A stretch of 64,000 bases of DNA from Spirochaetia bacterium (GTDB lineage: Bacteria; Spirochaetota; Spirochaetia; SZUA-6; Bin103): the NCBI GenBank assembly GCA_965198005.1, contig CBDAOI010000004.1, forward strand, positions 2,080,001 through 2,144,000, written 5' to 3'. Position numbers and translations under genes: made by a program. Under the pieces are notes generated by a model, which saw only the letters and a list, made by a program, of their open reading frames with translations, did not search any database and had not been told where the DNA came from. Shown one piece after another: positions 17,963 to 28,659 of this stretch; position 1 is the first letter of the stretch, and each line of letters begins with the position of its first letter.

Positions 17963-19666
17963 ATGTCGAGTCAGATGGCGCTGGCAATTCGACAACTGAT
18001 CCAGGAACGCGGCATATCCGAGGAACTGGTGATGCATACGATCGAAGACACCCTGTTGGCGGCCTACAAGCGCAAGTACGGAACGGTCGACAATGCGGTC
18101 GTACGATTCGCGGAGGACGCCAGCCAAGTCTCCATCTACGCCCAGCGCAGAATCGTGGAGGAGGAAGACCTGGAGGATCCGGCGCTGGAGATTTCGTTGC
18201 AGGAAGCGCTCGCGTACAACGATGATGCCGAGATCGGGGACGAGCTCTTGATCGAAATCAACCCGCGCGATTTCGACCGCGTCTCGATTCAGAGTGCCAA
18301 GCAGAAGGCACGGCAGTCTCTGCGCGAGATTCAGAAAGACACCTTGTACTCCGAATTCAAGGACCGCGAGGGGGAGTTGATCGTCGGCTACTACCAGCGG
18401 GAACGGAACGGCACCATATTCGTCGACCTCGGCCGTACCGAGGGCATCCTGCCGCGGCGCTACCAGTCGCCGCGTGAAGTCTATCGGCCCAGCGACCGGG
18501 TGCGGGCGATGATCTTCGAGGTGGAAAAGTCTCCCCTGGGGCTGCAGATCGTGTTGACCCGCACGCACACGGAATTCGTAAAGAAGATTTTCGAGCTGGA
18601 GGTGCCCGAGATCTACGACCGGACCATCGAAATTCACAAGATGGTCCGAGAACCCGGCTATCGCACCAAGATGTCGGTGTATTCCAGCCGCGATGACGTG
18701 GATCCGGTGGGGGCTTGCGTCGGCATGCGTGGCGTCCGTATTCAGACCGTCGTGCGCGAGCTTGAAGGGGAAAAGATCGACGTGCTGCGCTACGACCCCG
18801 ACGCCCGCTCGTTCATTACCGAGGCGCTCAAGCCGGCCGAGGTGGAACAGGTGATCATTCTCGACGAGGCCAAACGCCAAGCCCTCGCGGTGGTGCCGGA
18901 AACGCAGTTCTCACTGGCGATCGGCAAACAGGGACTGAACGTGCGGCTGGCAAACCGGCTCACCGACTGGAGCATCGACGTACGTACCCGCAGCCAGGTT
19001 AACGAGCTGGACCTCGGCTCCGAATCCCAGCGCGCCGCCGCCGCACTGTTCGGGGAGGTGCAGGAGGAGATCACCGACGTCGCCGAGCTGCCCGGCATCG
19101 AGCCTCGGGTTGCCGCAGCCCTGAAGGTGGCGGGTATCGAGTTGATCGAGACTCTGGTAGCGATGGACGCGGCGCGGCTGGGAGCGGTGCCCGCCCTGAC
19201 GGCACACGACGTCGCCGATCTGCGCAAGTTGATCGACGAGAACGTGGAGATCGTGGAAGAGGCGCCGGAAGCGGCCGGCGGGGACGAAGGCGCGCGCGCA
19301 GACCGGGCCACGCCGCGGCGTTCGCCGGCCGGCGAACCACCGGCACCCGCCGAACCCGCGGCAGTCAAGCCTGAGCCCGCGGCTGCCGTGACGGCCGCCG
19401 GAGGCGTGCCGCCGGCGGCCGAGGAAGCTGACGCAACGGAGGAGGCGCTCGGGGTCCGCGACCTGCCGGGACTGCCGGAATCGATTGCCACCGTGCTGAC
19501 TGCGGCCGGGCTGGATGACATCGTCGAGCTGGTGTCGATGACCGAGCAACAGCTGCTCGAGGTGGAGGGACTCTCGCCGGACGACGTGGCCACACTGCTG
19601 CGCGTAGTCGACGAGAACGTGGAAGTGCTTGAAGAAGATGAAGACGGTGAGGAGGAAGCCACCTGA
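17963..19666 (+). CDS. nusA: Transcription termination/antitermination factor NusA with duplicated C-terminal HhH domain
   Basis: REPGYRTK, DPVGACVGMRGVRI, SLAIGKQGLNVRLA. SD GAGGGGAG before ATG 17963. Confidence 0.95.
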   Translation: MSSQMALAIRQLIQERGISEELVMHTIEDTLLAAYKRKYGTVDNAVVRFAEDASQVSIYAQRRIVEEEDLEDPALEISLQEALAYNDDAEIGDELLIEINPRDFDRVSIQSAKQKARQSLREIQKDTLYSEFKDREGELIVGYYQRERNGTIFVDLGRTEGILPRRYQSPREVYRPSDRVRAMIFEVEKSPLGLQIVLTRTHTEFVKKIFELEVPEIYDRTIEIHKMVREPGYRTKMSVYSSRDDVDPVGACVGMRGVRIQTVVRELEGEKIDVLRYDPDARSFITEALKPAEVEQVIILDEAKRQALAVVPETQFSLAIGKQGLNVRLANRLTDWSIDVRTRSQVNELDLGSESQRAAAALFGEVQEEITDVAELPGIEPRVAAALKVAGIELIETLVAMDAARLGAVPALTAHDVADLRKLIDENVEIVEEAPEAAGGDEGARADRATPRRSPAGEPPAPAEPAAVKPEPAAAVTAAGGVPPAAEEADATEEALGVRDLPGLPESIATVLTAAGLDDIVELVSMTEQQLLEVEGLSPDDVATLLRVVDENVEVLEEDEDGEEEAT

Positions 19667-19810
19667 CTGTCGAGCGGATGTTGCCGCGTGCCGTCAGGCC
19701 GGTAGATTGACAGTGATGACCACGTTGCGCAACTATAGTGCTTCCGCCCGCGTGTGGCTCTTCCGCGCTCTCTGGAACGCCGTGTGCCGCATCCCGGGTG
19801 GTGCTTGAGC

Positions 19811-22684
19811 ATGAGCAACGACGATAAGGCCGCCGAGTCCCGGGAGGCGCCGGCACCCGAGGAGCAAAGCCGTCCCAAGGCAACGCTGATCAAACGCAAA
19901 CCGGAGCCCCCGCCGGTGGTCGAGACTCAGCCGCGCCCCGAAGCCGAGCGCCGGCGCATCATCGTCGTCAAGAAGCAGCGTAAAACGGTGGTGGTGAAGC
20001 GGCGACGCCCGGCCCGGGAACCGGTGCCGGAACCGCCGCCGGCCGCCTCCCCCACGCCGGACGAACAGCCACCGGCGCCGGCGGAGCCGGCGCGCCCGGC
20101 CGCGGTCACGCCCGGGGAGGCCCCCCAACCCCACGACCGGTCGCGGCGCCCGGCGGCCGACGCGCCGCGCCCGGACCGACCGGACAAGCCGGCGGCTGAC
20201 AAGCCGGCGGTGGACCCGCCGCCCCGTCAGCAGGCGAGTCCGCCGCAACCGGCGGCTGGCGCCCCGCCCGCGGTAGACGCCGCGCCGCGGCCGGCCGCGG
20301 GCCCCCCGGCTCCGGCACGTACTCCAGCCGGCCCGGCGGGCCGGCGGCCCTCCAGCCGGCCACGAGGCACGGACTCACCGCGGCGTCTGACCACGCCCGC
20401 GGCCCGGATACGCGCGGCCGAGGCGCCGTTGCGGCCGATCGCGCGCGCCCGCGACAGCGACCAGCCGCTGCCCGATACGCGCGACCGCTTCCGCCGCCGG
20501 CCGTCGTCGTCGGGGCCGTCCGGACGCGGCAACGACCGCCCTGCCGCCCGGCGGCCGCCGCCGCGCAGCACCGCCCCCGGCCGCCCGCCGGTGGGGCGCG
20601 CTGCGCCGGGTGCGGTCCGCGAAGCACCCCCGGGGCGTGGGCGGCCGGCCGTGGCGAGGGGAACCGGCCGGCCGTCTCCGGCGCGCAACGGTGCACCGGA
20701 GACGCCGCTGACCGACGGCCGCACCGGCGGCAGGAAGTTCTTCCGCACCCGGCGCCGGAGCAACCTCGGCTATCAGATCGGTCCGGAAGAGCACCAAGAG
20801 AAACTGACCCTCGCCAAGAAGAAGGCCGTGCCGGTGGCCAACCCGGTGCCGAAGGAGATCGACATCCTGGAGGCAATCACGGTCTCCGAGCTGGCGCGCA
20901 AGCTCAACCTCAAGGCGTCCGACCTGATTGCGAAGCTGATGGGCATGGGCACCATGGTGACCATCAACCAACAGATCGATTCCGATACCGCCACCCTGCT
21001 GGCCGAAGAGTTCGGCTCCAAGGTCAACGTCGTGTCGCTGTTCGACGAGACCGTGATCGAGGAGGACGAAGATCCGGACGACCAGATGGTGTCCAGGCCG
21101 CCGATCGTGACCATCATGGGGCACGTGGACCACGGCAAGACCAAGTTGCTCGACGCGATTCGGGAAACGAACGTGGCCGAGGGCGAGGCCGGCGGCATCA
21201 CGCAACATATCGGCGCGTATTCCGTCGCCACCGAGCGCGGCCGCATTTCGTTTCTCGATACGCCCGGCCACGCGGCATTCACCGAGATGCGCGCGCGGGG
21301 CGCGCAACTCACCGACATCGTGGTCCTCGTGGTGGCTGCCGATGACGGGTTGATGCCGCAAACCGTGGAAGCGACAAATCACGCCAAGGCCGCCGCGGTG
21401 CCGATCATCGTTGCCGTCAACAAGATCGATCTGCCGGACGCCAATCCGGACCGCGTCCGGCAGCAGCTCTCCGACTTCGACCTGATCCCGGAGGAGTGGG
21501 GTGGGGCCACCTTGTTCACCGAGATCTCGGCGCTGCGCGGAGACGGCATCGACGTACTGCTCGAGAATATCCTGCTGCAGGCTGAGCTGCTCGAGCTCAA
21601 GGCCAACTACGAGGCGCGCGCGGTCGGTCGAGTGGTCGAATCGCAGGTCGACCTCGGGCGCGGCATCGTGGCCACCGTGATGATCCAGAAAGGCACCCTG
21701 CGCACGGGGGATTCGTTCGTGGCGGGTGTGTACTCGGGCAAGGTACGGGCGATGTTCGACGACCGGGGCGAGCGGATTGCCGCAGCAACACCGGCGCAGC
21801 CGGTTCAGATCGTGGGCCTTACCGGACTGCCGAAGGCCGGAGATCCGTTTCAGGCTACGGAGAACGAGAAGACGGCGCGTCAGGTCGGCACCAAACGTCA
21901 AGAACTCAAGAAGGTCGAGGAGGCGCAGAACATAACCAAGGTAACCCTGGACAATCTGTACGAGCAGATCAGCGAAGGCGACGTGCAGGAACTCAAGCTG
22001 ATCATCAAGGGCGACGTGCATGGTTCGGTGGAGGCACTGCGCGGCGCCCTGGAACGGCTCAGCACCAACGAGATCAAGTTGAGCGTGATTCATTCCGCGG
22101 CCGGCGCGGTAAACAAGGACGACGTGGCGCTGGCCTCCGCTTCCAATGCGATCATCATCGGCTTTCACATCCGGGCGACCCCCAACGCGCAGGCGATGGC
22201 CGACCGCGAAAAAGTCGAGATCCGCAAGTACGACATAATCTACGAGGTCATCGATGACATCCGCGATGCGATGGAGGGCCTGCTGGCGCCCGAGATCGTC
22301 GAGGACACCATTGGCACGGTGGAAGTGCGCGAGCTGTTTCGGATCTCTCGAGTCGGTACCGTTGCCGGCAGTTACGTGGTGTCCGGCGCGGCGCGGCGCG
22401 GTGCCACTGGACAGATCGTGCGCGACGGGCGCCCGCTCTTTCGTGGCCGGATCGTCACGTTGCGCCGGTTCAAGGACGACACCCGCGAGGTCGACGCGGG
22501 ATACGAATGCGGTATCCGGATCGAGGGATTCAACGACGTCAAGGTAGGCGACCTCATCGAGGTGCTCGAGCAACGCGCCGTGGCCAAGAAACTTGGGGCG
22601 CCTACCGCTGAACTGGCCGCGGCCTCGGGAGCGGGCAGCCCCCGGACACGATCACATGTCGCAACTCCGGCTCAAGAGGGTTGA
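19811..22684 (+). CDS. infB: Translation initiation factor IF-2
   Basis: [34 protein letters not shown]. Long Pro/Ala/Arg N-terminus. Start taken as ATG 19811. Confidence 0.96.
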   Translation: MSNDDKAAESREAPAPEEQSRPKATLIKRKPEPPPVVETQPRPEAERRRIIVVKKQRKTVVVKRRRPAREPVPEPPPAASPTPDEQPPAPAEPARPAAVTPGEAPQPHDRSRRPAADAPRPDRPDKPAADKPAVDPPPRQQASPPQPAAGAPPAVDAAPRPAAGPPAPARTPAGPAGRRPSSRPRGTDSPRRLTTPAARIRAAEAPLRPIARARDSDQPLPDTRDRFRRRPSSSGPSGRGNDRPAARRPPPRSTAPGRPPVGRAAPGAVREAPPGRGRPAVARGTGRPSPARNGAPETPLTDGRTGGRKFFRTRRRSNLGYQIGPEEHQEKLTLAKKKAVPVANPVPKEIDILEAITVSELARKLNLKASDLIAKLMGMGTMVTINQQIDSDTATLLAEEFGSKVNVVSLFDETVIEEDEDPDDQMVSRPPIVTIMGHVDHGKTKLLDAIRETNVAEGEAGGITQHIGAYSVATERGRISFLDTPGHAAFTEMRARGAQLTDIVVLVVAADDGLMPQTVEATNHAKAAAVPIIVAVNKIDLPDANPDRVRQQLSDFDLIPEEWGGATLFTEISALRGDGIDVLLENILLQAELLELKANYEARAVGRVVESQVDLGRGIVATVMIQKGTLRTGDSFVAGVYSGKVRAMFDDRGERIAAATPAQPVQIVGLTGLPKAGDPFQATENEKTARQVGTKRQELKKVEEAQNITKVTLDNLYEQISEGDVQELKLIIKGDVHGSVEALRGALERLSTNEIKLSVIHSAAGAVNKDDVALASASNAIIIGFHIRATPNAQAMADREKVEIRKYDIIYEVIDDIRDAMEGLLAPEIVEDTIGTVEVRELFRISRVGTVAGSYVVSGAARRGATGQIVRDGRPLFRGRIVTLRRFKDDTREVDAGYECGIRIEGFNDVKVGDLIEVLEQRAVAKKLGAPTAELAAASGAGSPRTRSHVATPAQEG

Positions 22685-23003
22685 GAGCCTGCTCGGCGCC
22701 GAGATCAGCCAATTGATCTGTGGCAACCAGCTCAAGGATCCCCGCATCGAGTCTCTGGTAACGGTTGCGGGCGTACGGGTTGCTCGCGACCTTGCCTCGG
22801 CGCGGGTCTACGTGTCGTACTACGGCGCGGAAGAGGTGCTCGCCGCCACGGTGGCGGCGCTCAACCATGCCGCCGGCCATATCCAGGCGCGCGTCGGTCG
22901 GGGACTGCGCATGCGCCATACCCCGAAGCTGCGGTTCATCGAGGATACGTCGATCGGAGACGGATTTCGCGTTACCCAGCAGCTCAAGGAACTCAACCCC
23001 TGA
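22656..23003 (+). CDS. rbfA: Ribosome-binding factor A
   Basis: KDPRI, VARDLASARVY, MRHTPKLRFIEDTS. Follows infB. Confidence 0.93.
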   Translation: MSQLRLKRVESLLGAEISQLICGNQLKDPRIESLVTVAGVRVARDLASARVYVSYYGAEEVLAATVAALNHAAGHIQARVGRGLRMRHTPKLRFIEDTSIGDGFRVTQQLKELNP

Positions 23004-23029
23004 CCACCCCCGCCACGTCTGTCGACACC

Positions 23030-23917
23030 GTGGGCGGCCTCGTGCTGCTGGACAAGCCGGAGGGGGTATCCAGCTTTCAGTGTCTGGCCCGGGTAAAACA
23101 GATCCTCGAGACGCGCCGGGTCGGCCACGTCGGTACGCTGGATCCGTTTGCGAGCGGACTGATCGGCGCGCTGACGCACCGCTGCACCCGTCTGGCACGG
23201 CTGCTGAGCGGATTGGACAAGACGTATCTGGCGACCATGCGCTTCGGGGTCGAAACCGACACGCTGGATCCCGAGGGACAGGTGGTCGGCGAGGGGCCGG
23301 TGCCCGATCCGGCGGCCCTGCAACGCCTGGTGCCGCGCTTTACCGGTGGGCTGCGCCAGCAGCCTCCGGCATTCTCGGCGGTGCACGTCGCGGGAGAACG
23401 CGCCTACGCGATCGCGCGCCGCGGCGGCCGGCCGGTGATGCCGGTCCGGGAGGTCACCGTTCACGCCGTGGAGGTGGTGGCGTGGTGTGCGCCGGAGCTG
23501 GTGGTGAAGCTCGCCTGCAGCGCGGGCACCTACGTGCGCGCGTGGGCCCGCGACTTCGCGCGCGCCGCGGGGACGCGTGCATACCTGACCGCCCTCCGCC
23601 GGCTTGCGGTGGGGCCGTTCCGGGTAGCCGACGCCGTGGCCCCGGAGGCGTTCCGCCGGGCCGATCTGGTGCCTCCCGCGCAGTGGCTGGAGCTGCTGCC
23701 GGAGGTCGCGTCGCTGCGCGTACGTCCCGAGTTCCGCTGCCAGGTGGTCCGCGGCCGGCCGCTGCGCGACCACTTCCTGACCACGGAGCCGCCGCCGCAT
23801 GCCCGGTACTGGGCTCTGTTCGACGAACAGCGGCGGCTGCTGGCTCTGCTGCAGCGGGCGCAGGGCCCGGCCGGGCGTCCGGCCTGGCGCTACGCCGCCG
23901 TGTTCGCGGACGCCTGA
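23030..23917 (+). CDS. truB: tRNA pseudouridine(55) synthase TruB
   Basis: LLDKPEGVSS, VGHVGTLDPFASG, QQPPAFSA, CSAGTYVR. Confidence 0.95.
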   Translation: MGGLVLLDKPEGVSSFQCLARVKQILETRRVGHVGTLDPFASGLIGALTHRCTRLARLLSGLDKTYLATMRFGVETDTLDPEGQVVGEGPVPDPAALQRLVPRFTGGLRQQPPAFSAVHVAGERAYAIARRGGRPVMPVREVTVHAVEVVAWCAPELVVKLACSAGTYVRAWARDFARAAGTRAYLTALRRLAVGPFRVADAVAPEAFRRADLVPPAQWLELLPEVASLRVRPEFRCQVVRGRPLRDHFLTTEPPPHARYWALFDEQRRLLALLQRAQGPAGRPAWRYAAVFADA

Positions 23918-24783
23918 TGCCGGCCGCGGCGACCACCACCCCCACCAACATCTGCCGCTGGGACGACTTCGTCGGCGGCCGCCCGCCCATCCGCGGCACG
24001 GCGGCGGCGACCATCGGCACCTTCGACGGTGTCCACCTCGGACATCGCGCAATCCTGCGACGACTGGGGGCCACCGGCGCCGACGCCCGCGTCGTGCTGA
24101 CGTTTCGGCGCCACCCGCGGGCCGTATTGACCGGTACGGCGCCGCCCGCTCTGACCAGTTTGCGGCAGCGTCGGGAACGGTTTGCGGATCATGCCGTGAC
24201 GCACGTCGTTTTGATTGACTTTTCCGAACAGTTCAGTAGACTGTCGGGCGTAGAATTCATCCGTATGCTCCGGAGCCGGATGTCACTCCGGGCTTTGGTG
24301 GCGGGTGTGGATTTTCGCTGCGGTTGCGGGCGGGACACCGACGTGGCGGCTTTGCGGCGGCTGCTGACGCCGGCGAATATCGGCGTCTTCCCCGTGCCAC
24401 CAGTGACCTGGGGCGGCGAACCGGTGAGCAGCAGCAGAATCCGCGCTGCCGTGCATGCAGGGAACTTCGACGCGACCCGGGAAATGATGGGCGCGCCGTT
24501 CGAGATCGATCTTTGTGCCGCGGCCGACGCGCTCCCGCCGCCGACGTCGCGGTTCCATTTCGCCGCCGAACAGGTGGGATATCTGGTCCCGAACACGGAC
24601 CAGATCCTTCCACGGACAGGAGCGTACGCAGCATCAGTGATCACCTCAGGCGGCGAGTCGATCGACAGCGTGGCCGAGGTATCCCTGGCTGGCGTGCGCT
24701 ATACGCTGCCGCCCGGTAACCGGCATGCTCCGTTGAGCCTTCGGTTTCACCGTCGGGTGGCTGGGAACGACGACGCACTATGA
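23917..24783 (+). CDS. ribF: FAD synthetase family protein (FMN adenylyltransferase domain; kinase domain degenerate)
   Basis: TIGTFDGVHLGH, VAGVDFRCG, PVSSSRIR. No GRxxGFPTAN motif in the C-terminal part. Start ATG 23917 overlaps the truB stop. Confidence 0.78.
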   Translation: MPAAATTTPTNICRWDDFVGGRPPIRGTAAATIGTFDGVHLGHRAILRRLGATGADARVVLTFRRHPRAVLTGTAPPALTSLRQRRERFADHAVTHVVLIDFSEQFSRLSGVEFIRMLRSRMSLRALVAGVDFRCGCGRDTDVAALRRLLTPANIGVFPVPPVTWGGEPVSSSRIRAAVHAGNFDATREMMGAPFEIDLCAAADALPPPTSRFHFAAEQVGYLVPNTDQILPRTGAYAASVITSGGESIDSVAEVSLAGVRYTLPPGNRHAPLSLRFHRRVAGNDDAL

Positions 24784-24806
24784 TAGACACACTACGATAG
24801 GAGTAC

Positions 24807-25082
24807 ATGAACGTGGCTTTCGACTCTCAGGAACTGACTTCCGTCATCAGCAAGTTTGGTACTGGTGACCAGGACACGGGACGCGCGGAGGTGCAGGTTG
24901 CGTTGCTTACGAAACGCATCCAGCATCTGACCACGCATTTTCGCGAACATGGCAAGGACCACGCCTCACGCCGCGGCCTGCTCAAGATGGTCGGCAAGCG
25001 CCGGCGCCTGCTCGGCTATCTGCGCCGCAACGACCTCGGGCGGTACCGCTCCGTTCTGGCCGACCTCGGCCTGCGCCGTTGA
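24807..25082 (+). CDS. rpsO: 30S ribosomal protein S15
   Basis: [39 protein letters not shown]. Confidence 0.97.
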   Translation: MNVAFDSQELTSVISKFGTGDQDTGRAEVQVALLTKRIQHLTTHFREHGKDHASRRGLLKMVGKRRRLLGYLRRNDLGRYRSVLADLGLRR

Positions 25083-25091
25083 GGGACGATC

Positions 25092-27386
25092 ATGACTCAC
25101 CGAGTGACACTGCCGCTGGGGCGTGAGGAGTTGGTCCTCGAAACCGGCCGGCTCGCCAAACAGGCCAACGGAGCGGTGTACGCGGAGTACGCCGGATCGG
25201 CGGTGCTCGCCACCGTCTGCTGCTCGGCCGGCGCCATCGAAGGATTGGATTACGTTCCGCTGCAGGTGGAGTACAACGAGAAGGCGTACGCCGCGGGCAA
25301 GATACCGGGCTCCATCTTCAAGCGCGAGGGACGGCCGAAGGATCGCGAGATCCTGGTGTCGCGGCTGATCGACCGGCCGCTGCGGCCGCTGTTCAGCAAG
25401 CAGTTCAAGCGCGACATTCAGGTCGTGCCGACCGTGGTCTCCGCCGACCAGGTGAATCCGCCCGACATGGTGGCGATGGTGGCGGCGTCGGCGGCCGTGA
25501 CCCTGTCCGACATCCCGTTCGACGGGCCGGTGGGCGCGGTGCGGGTGGCCGAGGTGGACGGCAGCCTGATCGTCAATCCCACCTACGAGGAACGCGACCG
25601 CGCCCGCCTCGAGATCGTGGTGGCCGGCACCGGCACCGGGATCACCATGGTGGAGGGAGGGGCGCTGGAGGCCGAGGAGCAGCGCCTGGTCGAAGCGATC
25701 AATCTCGCGCACGAACAGATCAAGGCACTGTGCGCGCTGCAGCTCGACCTCGCCGGGCGCGCCAACGCCGGTGCCAAGCTGCCCCTGCCCGAGTCCATGC
25801 CGCCGCTCGCGGTGCACGACGAGCTGTGGCAGTGGGCGCTCCCGAAGATGGAAGAAGCGTGCTTCGTGCGCGGCAAGTTCGAACGTGCGGCGGCGGTCAA
25901 GGCGGTCGGTACGAGTGCGCTGGACCAGTTCGCGGAGCGGATCCCCGAAGAAGACAGCGCGCGCGCCGAAGCCCTGCTGGAGGAACTCGAGACCCAGGTG
26001 GTGCGGGAATCGATTCTCGGCCGGCAGGTCCGGACCGACGGACGAGGACCGGACGACATCCGGCCGATTGCGTGCGAGGTGGACGTGCTGCCGCGCGCCC
26101 ACGGCGCGGCGCTGTTCACCCGTGGCGAAACCCAGGCCCTGGCGTTGACCACCTTGGGCAGCGAAGGCGACGAACTGCGCGTCCTCGACGCGCTGGAAAC
26201 CGATCAGGACACGCGCAAGCACTTCATGCTGCACTACAACTTTCCTCCGTTCTCGGTCGGCGAGACCGGGCGCCTCGGCACCGGACGGCGTGAGGTCGGC
26301 CACGGTCATCTGGCGGAGCGCGCGCTGGAAGCGGTCATCCCGGCCAAGGAAACGTTTCCGTACACCATCCGGCTGGTGTCCGAGATCCTGGAGTCGAACG
26401 GTTCGTCGTCCATGGCTTCGGTCTGCGGCGGGACCTTGAGTCTGTTGAACGCGGGCGTGCCGATTACCAAGTCGGTGGCTGGAATCGCGATGGGCCTGGT
26501 TACCGACGGCAACCGGCACGTCGTGCTGAGCGATATCCTGGGCGAGGAAGATCACCTCGGTGACATGGACTTCAAGGTGGCCGGAACCCGCGACGGCATC
26601 ACCGCGTTTCAGATGGACATCAAGGTGGCGGGCGTCGACCAGGCGGTATTGCAGCAAGCCTTGGAGCGGGCCCGCGCCGGGCGTCTCAAGATCCTGGACA
26701 TCATGGCCGAGACCATCGACGCGCCGCGCGCGGAGATCTCGGACTACGCCCCCAAGATCATGTCGACCTCGATTCCCGAGGACAAGATCGGTGCCCTGAT
26801 CGGGACCGGCGGCGCCAACATCCGTTCGATCACCGAGCAGAGCGGGGCGGACGTGAACATTCGGGACGACGGGACGGTGTTCATCTACGCCCGCCGCAAG
26901 GAGGGCGCGGACAAGGCGCTGGCGCTGATCAACGCCGCCGTGGAGGAGCCGGAAGTGGGCAAGGACTACGACGGGGTCGTGAAGCGGATCATGGACTTCG
27001 GCGCATTCGTGGAGTTTCTGCCGGGCAAGGAGGGCCTGCTCCACATCTCCAGAATCTCACGCGAACACGTCGACGCCGTGTCCGATGTGCTCAAGGTGGG
27101 GCAGAAGGTGCGCGTACGGCTGATCGAGGTCGATCGCCTCGGGCGCTGCAACTTGGCGAACGCCGATGCCTTCGAGGGCGGCGCGGAGCCGACAGGACGG
27201 TTCAGCGACTCACGGCCGGCGCTGGCCAGCAGACGCGGCCACGGCGACCGGCCCCCCCCCGGCGGGGGCGGGCGCCCGCGTGGTCCGCGGCGCGAGGGGC
27301 GCGACGGCGGCTGGTCCCGCGACGGGGGCCGCGAGCGGGACCGGCGCCGGCCGCCGCGTGGCGGTCGCGGCAGGAGTGACGATTGA
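25092..27386 (+). CDS. pnp: Polyribonucleotide nucleotidyltransferase (PNPase)
   Basis: ETGRLAKQANG, LIDRPLRPLF, ESNGSSSMAS, EDHLGDMDFKVAGT, KH and S1 domains, Arg/Gly tail. Confidence 0.97.
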   Translation: MTHRVTLPLGREELVLETGRLAKQANGAVYAEYAGSAVLATVCCSAGAIEGLDYVPLQVEYNEKAYAAGKIPGSIFKREGRPKDREILVSRLIDRPLRPLFSKQFKRDIQVVPTVVSADQVNPPDMVAMVAASAAVTLSDIPFDGPVGAVRVAEVDGSLIVNPTYEERDRARLEIVVAGTGTGITMVEGGALEAEEQRLVEAINLAHEQIKALCALQLDLAGRANAGAKLPLPESMPPLAVHDELWQWALPKMEEACFVRGKFERAAAVKAVGTSALDQFAERIPEEDSARAEALLEELETQVVRESILGRQVRTDGRGPDDIRPIACEVDVLPRAHGAALFTRGETQALALTTLGSEGDELRVLDALETDQDTRKHFMLHYNFPPFSVGETGRLGTGRREVGHGHLAERALEAVIPAKETFPYTIRLVSEILESNGSSSMASVCGGTLSLLNAGVPITKSVAGIAMGLVTDGNRHVVLSDILGEEDHLGDMDFKVAGTRDGITAFQMDIKVAGVDQAVLQQALERARAGRLKILDIMAETIDAPRAEISDYAPKIMSTSIPEDKIGALIGTGGANIRSITEQSGADVNIRDDGTVFIYARRKEGADKALALINAAVEEPEVGKDYDGVVKRIMDFGAFVEFLPGKEGLLHISRISREHVDAVSDVLKVGQKVRVRLIEVDRLGRCNLANADAFEGGAEPTGRFSDSRPALASRRGHGDRPPPGGGGRPRGPRREGRDGGWSRDGGRERDRRRPPRGGRGRSDD

Positions 27387-28645
27387 TCGAGCAGGGGACG
27401 CTTGACAACGGCGTCACCCTGCTGTGCGATCCGGTGCCCACCACCGAAGTCTGCGCTATCGGGTTCTGGTACCCGCACGGCTCGCGCGACGAGGCCGCGG
27501 CCGAGCGGGGCTACTCGCATTTCCTCGAGCATATGCTGTTCAAGGGGACCGCGCACCGATCGGCGCTGGACATTGCCGTGGACGTGGATCGGGTCGGCGG
27601 CTCGATAAACGCCTTTACGGACCGCGAGGTCACCTGTTATTACTGTGTGCTGCCGGCCGACCACGCCGATCTGGCGCTGGAGATTCTGTGCGACATGGTC
27701 AGCTCGGCCGTGCTGACCGAAGCGGAGATCGCCAAAGAGAAGCTGGTGGTGATCAATGAGATCCGGGCCGCCGAGGATTCGCCGGACGAGAAGGGCTACC
27801 AGATGTTCGTCGACGGCCTGTGGCGCTCACACCCCCTGGCCGCAAAGGTCGCAGGCGAGGAGCAGCAGGTAGAGCGCATCGATCGGACTCCCCTGGTGGA
27901 GTTCTATCGCCGTCGCTACCGGCCGTGCAATCTCACGGTGTCCGCGGCCGGCGCGCTCGAATTCGACCACGTCGCCGGCGTACTGAGCACTCACTTGGTA
28001 CGGGACGGGGCGCCGCCGGGCACGGCGGCGTCCCGCGAGCGGCCGCAACGCTTCGTGACCCGCGAGTTCGTCCGTGACCGCTACCACCAGGCTCAGATCT
28101 ACGTCGGCACCACGCTGGAACCGGTCGTGGACTTCGAAACCTATCTCGCGTTCGTACTGCTCTCCACCGCGTTCGGCGAGTCGATGAGCTCGCGACTGTT
28201 CCAACGCATCCGCGAAGACCTGGGGCTGTGCTACTCGGTGGGGTCGTTCCGCACTCACTTCACCGACACCTGGAGCTGGGTGATCTACGCCAACGCGATG
28301 CCGGAACTCGTGCCGCAACTGCTCGGCGCCCTCAATCGCGAGATGGACCGGCTGGCTCAGGAGCCGCTGTCGGTGCAGGAGGTGAGCGACGCGGTCAGTC
28401 ACATTGCCGGGAGCATGGTGTTCGCGAAGGAAGACATGGAATCCCGCATGAAGCGGCTCGCGAGTCAGTATCAGATGTTCGGCCGCACGATCGAGCTGTC
28501 GGAATCGGCGCGGACGCTGCGGCAGGTGTCGGCCACCGAGGTGGCGAGCTTGACGGCCCGGATCATGCAACGCGGATGCTTCAATCTGCTCTCGTATGGC
28601 ACCAGCAACATGAGCGGCATGCGCAGCGTGCCGTTCGACTGGTAG
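27383..28645 (+). CDS. M16 (pitrilysin/insulinase) family zinc peptidase
   Basis: HFLEH inverted zincin motif, INAFT, MSSRLFQRIREDLGLCYS. Confidence 0.92.
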   Translation: MIEQGTLDNGVTLLCDPVPTTEVCAIGFWYPHGSRDEAAAERGYSHFLEHMLFKGTAHRSALDIAVDVDRVGGSINAFTDREVTCYYCVLPADHADLALEILCDMVSSAVLTEAEIAKEKLVVINEIRAAEDSPDEKGYQMFVDGLWRSHPLAAKVAGEEQQVERIDRTPLVEFYRRRYRPCNLTVSAAGALEFDHVAGVLSTHLVRDGAPPGTAASRERPQRFVTREFVRDRYHQAQIYVGTTLEPVVDFETYLAFVLLSTAFGESMSSRLFQRIREDLGLCYSVGSFRTHFTDTWSWVIYANAMPELVPQLLGALNREMDRLAQEPLSVQEVSDAVSHIAGSMVFAKEDMESRMKRLASQYQMFGRTIELSESARTLRQVSATEVASLTARIMQRGCFNLLSYGTSNMSGMRSVPFDW

Positions 28646-28659
28646 GCCGGTACCGCCGG

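Noticed and set aside
19707..19739. Internal infB promoter TTGACA...TATAGT
   Set aside because: The spacer is 21 bp, too long for a sigma70 pair. The -10 may still work alone but I cannot support it.
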